DNA of 64,000 nucleotides from a virus (Duplodnaviria; Caudoviricetes): IMG/VR virus record IMGVR_UViG_3300011008_002687, positions 47,270 to 111,269 of that record; one strand, 5' to 3'. Shown piece by piece: positions 56,308 to 64,000 of this stretch (position 1 is its first letter; each line of letters starts with the position of its first letter). The notes under the pieces were generated by a model. It saw only the letters and a program-made list of their open reading frames with translations, ran no database searches and was not told where the DNA came from. The position numbers and the translations under genes were made by a program.

Positions 56308-57090
56308 CTACCTTCTGAACGGGTTTGCATCGTCATTTATGGGTTCCGTATGGTCCTGTGCGTCGTTTTTCGGAAGGAAGTCAAGGAATGGTGTGCTTTC
56401 ACCCAAAAATGTCTTACCATGCTTGATATACTTCTCTTCTGTCCTTTCCCTCCGGCATTGTGCCGCATAGTTCTCTGCCGCTTTCAGCAATTCCTCCGGA
56501 CTGAATCCATCCTTGATCCTGGCATTGTACTTCTTATATGCCTGGGCCTTGTCTGCCTTTCGTGGGTACGCCTTCCAAAAATCTTCAAAGGTTGCTGAGT
56601 AGGTATTGATCGCTCTGTTCGACTGAGACTCCTTCGGCGGTGCCATGATCTCCGCTACCATTTCATCCGATATTTCCGGAAGTTCCGCAGGAGCGTCCAC
56701 TGCGGCCACCTTTTCAGCCTCTACCCTTGCCCGATACTCTCTCTTCCTGTCTGCCTCCGTCGAGGACTGCCCGATAAAATTCTGAATATCCATCATGTAG
56801 ATGGCGCCGTTGTCAAGTATCTCCACAAGCCCTAACTGTTGGAATACATCCAACGCTTTCTCGATCACTCCTACCTCATGCCTGCATACCGTCGCCAGTA
56901 CATCCGGCGAATACGGTATGCGGTTTCGGTACATCAGCTTTCCTTCGTCTTTGAGACTCCGGAGATACAGTTTCATCAATATGTCACTATACAGATAGCC
57001 GCTCGGCATCCTCTGCAGGATCAGCATTTCGTCGGACTCGAAAAAATCCTCTTTCAATTTCAAGTAATAGTATTTCTTGCTGTCTGCCAT
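56308..57090 (-). CDS. Replisome organizer / replication initiator
   Basis: YYYLKLKEDFF; FEDFWKAYPRK. Confidence 0.85.
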   Translation of the reverse strand: MADSKKYYYLKLKEDFFESDEMLILQRMPSGYLYSDILMKLYLRSLKDEGKLMYRNRIPYSPDVLATVCRHEVGVIEKALDVFQQLGLVEILDNGAIYMMDIQNFIGQSSTEADRKREYRARVEAEKVAAVDAPAELPEISDEMVAEIMAPPKESQSNRAINTYSATFEDFWKAYPRKADKAQAYKKYNARIKDGFSPEELLKAAENYAAQCRRERTEEKYIKHGKTFLGESTPFLDFLPKNDAQDHTEPINDDANPFRR

Positions 57091-57105
57091 GCCTACCTCC
57101 CTTTC

Positions 57106-57903
57106 TTAAATGCCTGCGGTCAAATCCATAATCGAGATAGGCTTTGTAAGTACCCTCGTATGTCTGCAGCAATCACACAGTTCACATCTGTCCGGCTCTC
57201 TGTCGCCGTTCTTGATTGCCAGGATTCTCGGCATGTTCGCCTCTACCATTGCCAACGCCTCCTGCAGATAGTTGTCTGTAACATGGATGATCCGGATGTC
57301 CGGCTCGTCCTGCTTGGTTGCTCCGGCAATATAAAACGGCAGTTTCTTTCCGGTGTTCTGTCTCACGATCTCCTGGTACACCGCTCCCTGGATGTCGTAA
57401 CCCCAGTAACGGACAAAATCCAAATATCCGAGGTCCTTCACCCATTTAAGCTCAGTAATGGATGCCATGACTTTCAAATCCACAATCGCTACTTCCGGAA
57501 GGAAACTGTCAATCTTGATCTTCCACTTCGCCCCGAACAGCTCTCCGGTCATAATCACCTGTTTCTGTCCGGACATAAACTTCATGAAATAATCGTCTCT
57601 CTCGATCCTGGCAATGATGCTCTCTGCTTTCACATACTCTGCCTTTAACCCGCCGTCTTTCTTGAACAATGAGGGATTCTCTCTCTTGAACTTGTCAAGC
57701 GTTCCCTCAAAGTATGCGTCCACATAGCTGCCTACCATCATTGCCGTACTCGGCTCTTCCTGCCAACGCCTCTCCATCTTCTCGACTGCAGAAAACTCAC
57801 AGGCCAACTTGCCGTAGGTTCCTGCAAAATCCTTGAACTGGCTGACGCTCATATATTCCTTATCAGCCTCTTTGCTGTAATAATTTTCCTCTGTCAGTTG
57901 CAT
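57106..57903 (-). CDS. PD-(D/E)XK exonuclease (DUF3799/RecE-like)
   Basis: ENYYS...YMSVSQFK, KID...VDLK, YDIQGAVY. Confidence 0.8.
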   Translation of the reverse strand: MQLTEENYYSKEADKEYMSVSQFKDFAGTYGKLACEFSAVEKMERRWQEEPSTAMMVGSYVDAYFEGTLDKFKRENPSLFKKDGGLKAEYVKAESIIARIERDDYFMKFMSGQKQVIMTGELFGAKWKIKIDSFLPEVAIVDLKVMASITELKWVKDLGYLDFVRYWGYDIQGAVYQEIVRQNTGKKLPFYIAGATKQDEPDIRIIHVTDNYLQEALAMVEANMPRILAIKNGDREPDRCELCDCCRHTRVLTKPISIMDLTAGI

Positions 57904-57921
57904 TTTCTTCCGCTCCTTCCT

Positions 57922-58836
57922 TTAATCTGCCTCTTCAAAGACTAACCCACCGACCTCTTCCGGTCCCTGCTGCTGATCCTCTATCTGCTGAGGTTCCTGC
58001 TGTGCGAACGGATCATATGTCTCGTCAACATCCGGCTTATTGTCACCGTAACTTTCCCCGCCTTCGTCGTCGTAGGTCTTTTGATCGTCCTGGATTGCCC
58101 TCTGCATATCCACCGACAGGATGCCCCACTTGCTGAGCAACAGCTTGATAACCGTCTTTAATGCCATAGCCTCAAAGTCTGTGGACCACTTGCTGCTCTT
58201 CTTATTGTTGTTCAGATCGTATCTGTACGCCTGGGAATACTTCCTTGCGTGATTCTCAACCGCCGACCTTGACATGAACAACTCCTGCACGTACCCGGTT
58301 GTCAGCTCAAATCTCGCATAATACCCGGCCACCTTTTTCTCGTCACCCTCGGCTCTCATGGAGCAGTTGGAGAAATCTTCTACAAACGCAATCTCGCCGG
58401 TAATCGGATTGTAGCTTTTCAGCTCGTCCTCATAGACTACTGCGTAATTCATTCTCTTGTAGTAGCCGGATCTGATCGCCAACTGGATAAAGCCCTTATA
58501 CATAATCTGAAACTGGGCCTCCATGCGTTTCTCCCACTGCTTTGTCTGCGGATTGTACTTATTGTTGTTGTACGGAACAATCGCACTAAATCCGAGGTTT
58601 GGATCAATCGGCAGGTCGTATGTCGCTGCCACAAATGCCGCACTCAGAATGGAGTTTGAACTACACTGTCTGAGCTGTGCGCTCCCGGCCACCACATTCA
58701 AAATGGATGCCATAAACTGCGGAGCTTTCTGCCCTAAGACTTCGGTAAACTTCTTTTTCACGCCTTCCTCAGACAATGTCTGCTTGACCTGTGCCGCCAC
58801 CGTCAACCCTGTCTGCTGTTTCTGCTGATCTGCCAT
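57922..58836 (-). CDS. recT: RecT-family recombinase
   Basis: LG...VPY...QFQ..YKG.IQLAIRSG, MA.KTV. Confidence 0.9.
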   Translation of the reverse strand: MADQQKQQTGLTVAAQVKQTLSEEGVKKKFTEVLGQKAPQFMASILNVVAGSAQLRQCSSNSILSAAFVAATYDLPIDPNLGFSAIVPYNNNKYNPQTKQWEKRMEAQFQIMYKGFIQLAIRSGYYKRMNYAVVYEDELKSYNPITGEIAFVEDFSNCSMRAEGDEKKVAGYYARFELTTGYVQELFMSRSAVENHARKYSQAYRYDLNNNKKSSKWSTDFEAMALKTVIKLLLSKWGILSVDMQRAIQDDQKTYDDEGGESYGDNKPDVDETYDPFAQQEPQQIEDQQQGPEEVGGLVFEEAD

Positions 58837-58855
58837 TTTCTTCTCTTCCTCCTTT

Positions 58856-59116
58856 TCACGCTGTTTTTAACTGTTCATCGAGTAATTCAAGCACTTCTCT
58901 CGGAGTCTTGTCGTCTATGCAATTCTCGCATACATACCCTTCCGGTCCGTCGAAATACTTATCTCCCTCGTAGATACCTTCGCCACACTCACAACACTCA
59001 TACTTTGCCACCGGTTCCGGTGCGTTAGGACACCTGGGATGGCAGGGGGATTGTCTGCATACCATGCACATTTTTCTTTTCCTCTCTTTCCAACATAATG
59101 AGTAGAGATTTCGCAT
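58856..59116 (-). CDS. Small Cys-rich protein
   Basis: Multiple CxxC. Confidence 0.55.
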   Translation of the reverse strand: MRNLYSLCWKERKRKMCMVCRQSPCHPRCPNAPEPVAKYECCECGEGIYEGDKYFDGPEGYVCENCIDDKTPREVLELLDEQLKTA

Positions 59117-59309
59117 TTATCGCCATTCTTAGAAAATGCTCCTTTACCACGTCCTTGAACAGTAACGGCAGGTACTCTTCCTGGTTCTCTACCCTTGCCA
59201 CTTCCATTTTCCGATAACAGAACTTTTCAAGGTTCTCAGCCTCTTCGTCGCTGAGATGCAGCCCGTCTTTTCTGTAATCTTCTACGATTTCTTTCAAATC
59301 TGATCTCAT
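59025..59309 (-). CDS. Hypothetical protein
   Basis: In-operon ORF. Confidence 0.45.
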   Translation of the reverse strand: MRSDLKEIVEDYRKDGLHLSDEEAENLEKFCYRKMEVARVENQEEYLPLLFKDVVKEHFLRMAINAKSLLIMLEREEKKNVHGMQTIPLPSQVS

Positions 59310-59526
59310 GTTCCTCTTCCTCTCTGAACCATTTCACTTCCCGGATCACATCCTTCACAAAACTTACAATGAGCAGGATAAGCGGTAATGTCAGCCACTC
59401 GCCTCCGTACGCCTTGTACCCTCTCTCGATATATGCGTACTCAATCGCCAACTTCGTGAGGATGCACCCTACCACTATCCAAATCCAGTTGCTTAAAAGC
59501 CATTTTCCAAATCGTGCCACTCTCAT
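59236..59526 (-). CDS. Small membrane protein
   Basis: Two TM segments around RGYKAYGGE. Confidence 0.55.
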   Translation of the reverse strand: MRVARFGKWLLSNWIWIVVGCILTKLAIEYAYIERGYKAYGGEWLTLPLILLIVSFVKDVIREVKWFREEEEHEIRFERNRRRLQKRRAASQRRRG

Positions 59527-60125
59527 TCCTCCTTGTCCTTGTAGAAGTAATGCCCTCCATGCTGAAACAGAAAATCCAAATTATTCTGATGCCAGGTCGA
59601 ATCACTCTTTGACTCAAAATAGGTTGCTCCCTGGGATTCGTCCCAACCATGCGTTACCATATCCAAAGCCTCGTAACACTCATGATCCGGCTCTATGCCG
59701 TCCCACCTTCCGTTATTGATCGGGCTGAACTGGTTCTCTTGATAAATGACCTCTCTGATTGTTCCGGGAAATTCCGGGAGCCACACTCTGTTAAGAACTA
59801 CCATTATCACAAGTGCTTTCCCTTTCAAATCCTCGCCTTCCGCCTCGGCCATAGCTATTTTTGCAAGTAAATAAGCCTCGTCTGCACTCCAATCTCTCGA
59901 CTGGACGATACTCGACTGGCTTATCTCTACCGGCTGCTCTGCAGTCAACTCCTGCATCTGCTCGTCTGCAATTATCATTTCCTCAACCGGTGCTGCAACA
60001 ACCCTGTGGCTGATGATCCTCGGACTGTCCTCGATTCCGTTGAACTCAACTATCCCGACTGCCAAGTACACCGCTGATCCCAACACAGCTCCTATTTTCG
60101 CTATGCTCGAAACCGTCTTATTCAT
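59523..60125 (-). CDS. SleB-like cell wall hydrolase with N-terminal TM
   Basis: AEAEGE, V.LNRV...FP.TI..VI.Q..QFS, GA.YF, GHYF. Confidence 0.85.
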   Translation of the reverse strand: MNKTVSSIAKIGAVLGSAVYLAVGIVEFNGIEDSPRIISHRVVAAPVEEMIIADEQMQELTAEQPVEISQSSIVQSRDWSADEAYLLAKIAMAEAEGEDLKGKALVIMVVLNRVWLPEFPGTIREVIYQENQFSPINNGRWDGIEPDHECYEALDMVTHGWDESQGATYFESKSDSTWHQNNLDFLFQHGGHYFYKDKEE

Positions 60126-60147
60126 CCGCTTTCACTCCTTCCTGCAC

Positions 60148-60648
60148 TCAGCCTTTGACATTCCTCAGATACTTCTCCGTAACAATCTTCATTTCACTTA
60201 TTGTCTCAGCCAGGCTTTCCAGTTTGTTCATGATCTCGCTCAGCTTTGGTACCTCTTCCTTGCTGATGTCGCCGTCTGCTGTGACCGTAATCAGATCATC
60301 TTTCATAAGCCTCAACTCTTCCTCGTTGAAACCTTTTAAGAGCCTCAGTGCTATTCCTTGTAAATTCTTCTCCTGGGTGGCAAGTGGCAGGAATCCATGA
60401 ATCGGACACTCGTGTACGCAATACCCGGTTATCAGTTCCGGGGCGTTGTAGAGGTCCGCCATCAATACCACCTTGTCAACCGGTACCACCTTCGTATTAC
60501 CAAGCTCGTAATCTGCAAGCGTTGATACCGATATTCCCAACATTTCCGCAGCTCCTTCTCTGCTGTATAGCCTCTCGTTGTATGTTGCTGCGTTTTTCCT
60601 CGCCCTAAAATATACATTTGTGTTCTCGTTTATAGAGCCTTTTCCCAT
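60148..60648 (-). CDS. HTH regulator (phage CII/Rha-region type)
   Basis: SREGAAEMLGISVSTLADYELG. Confidence 0.65.
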   Translation of the reverse strand: MGKGSINENTNVYFRARKNAATYNERLYSREGAAEMLGISVSTLADYELGNTKVVPVDKVVLMADLYNAPELITGYCVHECPIHGFLPLATQEKNLQGIALRLLKGFNEEELRLMKDDLITVTADGDISKEEVPKLSEIMNKLESLAETISEMKIVTEKYLRNVKG

Positions 60649-60676
60649 TCAAATTTCCTGTCCTTTCCCGCATAAT

Positions 60677-61087
60677 TTAATTAGAGGACATCACTGGTAC
60701 GCTGATTCCAAGTAGCTCAACGACTTTTGCAACAATCTTTTCATTGTTCATCTTGCCGTTGATTACTAAGGACATTCGATCTCTCGATACCCCCGATTGT
60801 TCCGCAAGGTCATTGACTGTCATATTTCTTTTGACAAGCTCAACCTTGACTGCGCAACACCACTCGTCTGATGGTGTAGCAACCCTTTCGGGCATCCCTT
60901 CCGTACCGAGGACCTTGTTGATCTGCTCAACAATATCCTTGTAGGTGGAATTGGAATACCGGCCACCAATCACCGAGGAAATGACAGCCTGACTCTTCCC
61001 TACTTTTGCAGCCAGGTCATTCATCGTCATATCCCTGTCGATCAGTGCCTTTTTTACGTCCTTTGACCACTGCGACAAATTGCTCAT
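60677..61087 (-). CDS. Cro-like protein with two tandem HTH domains
   Basis: W..xVKxxL..R.MT.NDLA unit occurs twice. Confidence 0.7.
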   Translation of the reverse strand: MSNLSQWSKDVKKALIDRDMTMNDLAAKVGKSQAVISSVIGGRYSNSTYKDIVEQINKVLGTEGMPERVATPSDEWCCAVKVELVKRNMTVNDLAEQSGVSRDRMSLVINGKMNNEKIVAKVVELLGISVPVMSSN

Positions 61088-61312
61088 ACTCTGTCTCACT
61101 CCTTTCTCGCAAATTTGTTGTTTTTTGCGATTGTGCGTGCTATAATGTAAGTAAATCCGTTTACACACTCGCAAAGGTAGAAGTACAAATATTTGATTAG
61201 GCTCGCAACCTCGAAATAATTGTATTTCATATTTATATTATACTTCGTATCTGCGAGTTTGTAAAGGGTTAATTACTCAAATGCGAGAATATTTTTCTAC
61301 GGAGGTCGCAAT

Positions 61313-61702
61313 ATGGAAACTTTGGAAAAACCCAACATGGAGATCATCGAACGGATTTACCAACTCTTCGATGAAAAAGACAAAAAAGCCTACGAACTCT
61401 GCAACAAACTCAATATCCGGACATCCACGATGTCAACCTGGAAGGCTCGTACCAACGATCCTCCTGCAAAGTACATGAAAACCATCGCGGATTTCTTCGG
61501 CGTTTCTTTGGATTACCTTATGACCGGGCAGGATGCTCCTGTCCGCAAGACAACCACGCCCGAAGAGGATCAACTGCTCGAACTGTACCGGGCTTTGCCG
61601 GAAAACAAAAAATATGAATTTGTCGGGGAGCTTAAAGGCTTTCTTAAAGCTATGGAAGATAAACAGAAATATCTCGACGAGGAAAAAAGATTATCAGTTT
61701 AG
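61313..61702 (+). CDS. CI-like XRE repressor (outer prophage)
   Basis: STMSTWK...IADFFGVSLDYL; divergent from Cro. Confidence 0.8.
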   Translation: METLEKPNMEIIERIYQLFDEKDKKAYELCNKLNIRTSTMSTWKARTNDPPAKYMKTIADFFGVSLDYLMTGQDAPVRKTTTPEEDQLLELYRALPENKKYEFVGELKGFLKAMEDKQKYLDEEKRLSV

Positions 61703-61745
61703 AATGGTACCGGCTCTTCGGGCGGTACTTATAGGAGATATGCCT

Positions 61746-62063
61746 ATGACAGATGCAAGCACATATTTCACACTTGGCCGGACTGAGGAAAAAGCAGGGC
61801 GTGACTCTTCCGCTCTGCTCTATTATATTTCCTCTTTCTGCGCCTCGTATAACCAAAACTCAAAATCACACCCTTGCGGTGCTGTTGCAAAAATCCGGAT
61901 GCTGCAGAACTCTCTCGGTCTTTCCGACGCACAACTTCTTGGAATGGTGCGCTCTTACGGAACTCTGACCGACCTTGAATGTCAGCACTTGCTCTACTAC
62001 GCAATCTATGGATTCCTTCCTGGGATTCATACCGTACTGTCCGGATCAGCCTATGGGTGCTGA
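61746..62063 (+). CDS. Hypothetical protein
   Basis: AGGAG RBS; start reassigned. Confidence 0.45.
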   Translation: MTDASTYFTLGRTEEKAGRDSSALLYYISSFCASYNQNSKSHPCGAVAKIRMLQNSLGLSDAQLLGMVRSYGTLTDLECQHLLYYAIYGFLPGIHTVLSGSAYGC

Positions 62064-62361
62064 TATGTTCCAGGAGCGCTTAAAGCTCTGCATGAGCCAA
62101 AAGGACCTATCCGGAGCGGAACTCGCCGTAATGTCCGGGGTATCTGCAGCCACAATCTCACGCTATCTTAGTGGCCTGCGTTGCCCTACGGTTGAAAACC
62201 TCTCCCGGATCGCCGCCGCCCTCAACGCATCGTCAGATTATCTACTGGGGCTAAACGATGTGCCGGACGGTAAAAAGCTCATTGATGCCTATTCCGTCGC
62301 ATCATGTGACGATAAGCGTGTCATTTGGACGCTCTTGGAAAGATACGGAGGTAATGAATGA
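62053..62361 (+). CDS. XRE HTH protein
   Basis: ELA..SGVS.ATISRYLSG. Confidence 0.75.
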   Translation: MGADMFQERLKLCMSQKDLSGAELAVMSGVSAATISRYLSGLRCPTVENLSRIAAALNASSDYLLGLNDVPDGKKLIDAYSVASCDDKRVIWTLLERYGGNE

Positions 62362-62930
62362 ACGAACAACTAACAGGCAACGAGGAATTTACCCTGCATG
62401 GTACCGGAGCAGGAATCACAGTATCAGATTTTTGGTCCTGGGCGTATTCCGACCTACTCAATAATACCTATCGTGGGGTGTTGGCAGAGTTCCTTGTATT
62501 TTCAGCACTGAGCAGTACCCCCCCCGATTCGCAAATGAGAGCTGACTGGTTGCCTTACGATGTCACCAGTCCGTCGGGGAGACGCATTGAGGTAAAGTCT
62601 GCCGCTTACCTCCAATCCTGGACTAAGGAATACTACTCACAAATCATATTTGACATTGCTCCTAAGTACGGATGGACTCCGGAGGAAGGATACGCACCGG
62701 AACGCAAACGGAACTCTGATCTGTATGTGTTCTGCGTCTATACCGCACTAACCAGGGACAAATCCCTTCTCGATCTCGACTTGTGGGATTTCTATGTCCT
62801 CCCTACCTCTGTCCTCAATGAGAAGGTGCCGGAGCAGAAAAAGATCGGCCTGCAGTCTCTCTTGAAACTGGGACCGGTTAAGACGGATTATGCCTCTCTC
62901 GGCGCAACCATAGAATCAATAGACCTATAA
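62358..62930 (+). CDS. PD-(D/E)XK restriction-endonuclease-fold protein
   Basis: RG.LAEFLV...YD...IEVKS. Confidence 0.6.
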   Translation: MNEQLTGNEEFTLHGTGAGITVSDFWSWAYSDLLNNTYRGVLAEFLVFSALSSTPPDSQMRADWLPYDVTSPSGRRIEVKSAAYLQSWTKEYYSQIIFDIAPKYGWTPEEGYAPERKRNSDLYVFCVYTALTRDKSLLDLDLWDFYVLPTSVLNEKVPEQKKIGLQSLLKLGPVKTDYASLGATIESIDL

Positions 62931-62944
62931 AGGAGGAATGCCCT

Positions 62945-64000
62945 ATGCGGCTACCAAACGGCTACGGAAGTGTCGTAAAGCAGAGCGGGCGGCGGCGAAA
63001 CCCTTATATCGTCCGCAAGACCGTCGGCTACCACTACGATGCCGAAAAAGACAAACAGGTGCAGGACTACATCATCATCGGCTACGCCAAGACGAAAGCC
63101 GACGGACTCCGTATGCTTGCAGAATACAACAGTAATCCATTCGATACCCAGGCGGCCAAAATGACCTTCTCTGATGTTTACGAGGAATGGTCCAAGCGGA
63201 AATTCCCAACCGTTTCTAAATCGAATGTGACCGGTTACATTGCCTGCTATAAAGCCTGCGGCACTCTCTACAACAAAACCTTCAAGGACATAAAACTGGC
63301 CGACCTGCAGAATGTCATAGACAACTGTGGCAAAAACTACCCTACTCTCAAAAAGATCAAGGTGCTTTTCAGCCAGCTCTACGACTATGCCATGAAGAAT
63401 GAAATCTGCAACAAGGACTACTCCGACTATGTGAATGTAGCCCAGTACCGGGATAAGAACCCGAACAAATACGACAGGAACAAATTTGAAAAGGAAGAGG
63501 TTGACCGAATATGGACGATGCAGGATGATCCTTACTATCAGATTATCCTCATGCTCCTTTATAACGGTACCAGGGTGTCAGAATTTCTTGACCTTAAAAA
63601 AGAGGACGTACACCTCGACGAACAGTATTTTGATGTGTGGAAATCCAAGACCGAGAACGGACTGAGGAAAGTACCGATTGCTGATAAGGTCCTGCCCTTC
63701 TACAAATCTTGGTACAACTCCGCTCCTTCATGTGAGTACCTTTTACACACTCCGGAGGGCGAACACTTCCTATACCGGAACTACTACGACAGCTATTTCC
63801 TGCCTCTCGTGAGGCAACTGGGAATAGACCGAACCCCTCACTGCTGCAGACACACTTGCGTCTCAATGCTTGCTGAGGCAGGTGTGGATCAGACCACCAT
63901 CAAGAAGATTGTGGGCCACGCCGGAGCCATGACGCTCACCGAAAGAGTCTATACCCATCTCGACATTGAAACGCTCGTTGATGCCATAAACAAGATATAA
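62945..64000 (+). CDS. int: Tyrosine integrase (outer prophage)
   Basis: NGTR.SE, K, HCCRHT, VGH, VYTH. Confidence 0.95.
   Translation: MRLPNGYGSVVKQSGRRRNPYIVRKTVGYHYDAEKDKQVQDYIIIGYAKTKADGLRMLAEYNSNPFDTQAAKMTFSDVYEEWSKRKFPTVSKSNVTGYIACYKACGTLYNKTFKDIKLADLQNVIDNCGKNYPTLKKIKVLFSQLYDYAMKNEICNKDYSDYVNVAQYRDKNPNKYDRNKFEKEEVDRIWTMQDDPYYQIILMLLYNGTRVSEFLDLKKEDVHLDEQYFDVWKSKTENGLRKVPIADKVLPFYKSWYNSAPSCEYLLHTPEGEHFLYRNYYDSYFLPLVRQLGIDRTPHCCRHTCVSMLAEAGVDQTTIKKIVGHAGAMTLTERVYTHLDIETLVDAINKI

Larger units (their letters stand above)
50018..64000. mobile_element. Outer prophage, right segment (late regulator, replication, immunity, integrase)
   Basis: RecT, replisome organizer, DnaC-like, RusA, CI/Cro, integrase. 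Confidence 0.88.

Overview
The window is almost entirely prophage DNA from a Clostridia/Lachnospiraceae-like host and is best read as one prophage nested inside another. (1) The inner prophage is an apparently complete ~46 kb contractile-tailed (PBSX/Xkd-like) temperate phage at about 4026..50017. It is bounded by a 9-bp core ATTATACCA and has an 18-bp repeat inside each end. It carries lysis, tail, head and packaging genes, a PolB/primase replication module and a tyrosine integrase. It also has a clear diversity-generating retroelement (TR 7873..8005, VR 8153..8285 in the tail fibre, RT), a MuF-papain-fold toxin/immunity pair, a poly-G-frameshifted adenine methylase, a probable antisense-RNA switch and strong depletion of GAG/CTC and TCG/CGA. 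(2) The outer prophage is split by this insertion. Its integrase, immunity and replication genes lie at 50018..64000, and its late operon starts at 1..4025. The insertion falls in the extended -10 promoter of that late operon. The most novel-looking locus is at the start of the outer late operon: a DUF488-like gene, an atypical tRNA-Gly(TCC), an adenine-MTase fused to a Mom/GNAT-like domain, a ParB-like gene, then the terminase genes. This is a candidate tRNA-dependent DNA hypermodification system with its own dedicated tRNA. All protein family calls come from motif recognition by eye, not database searches.
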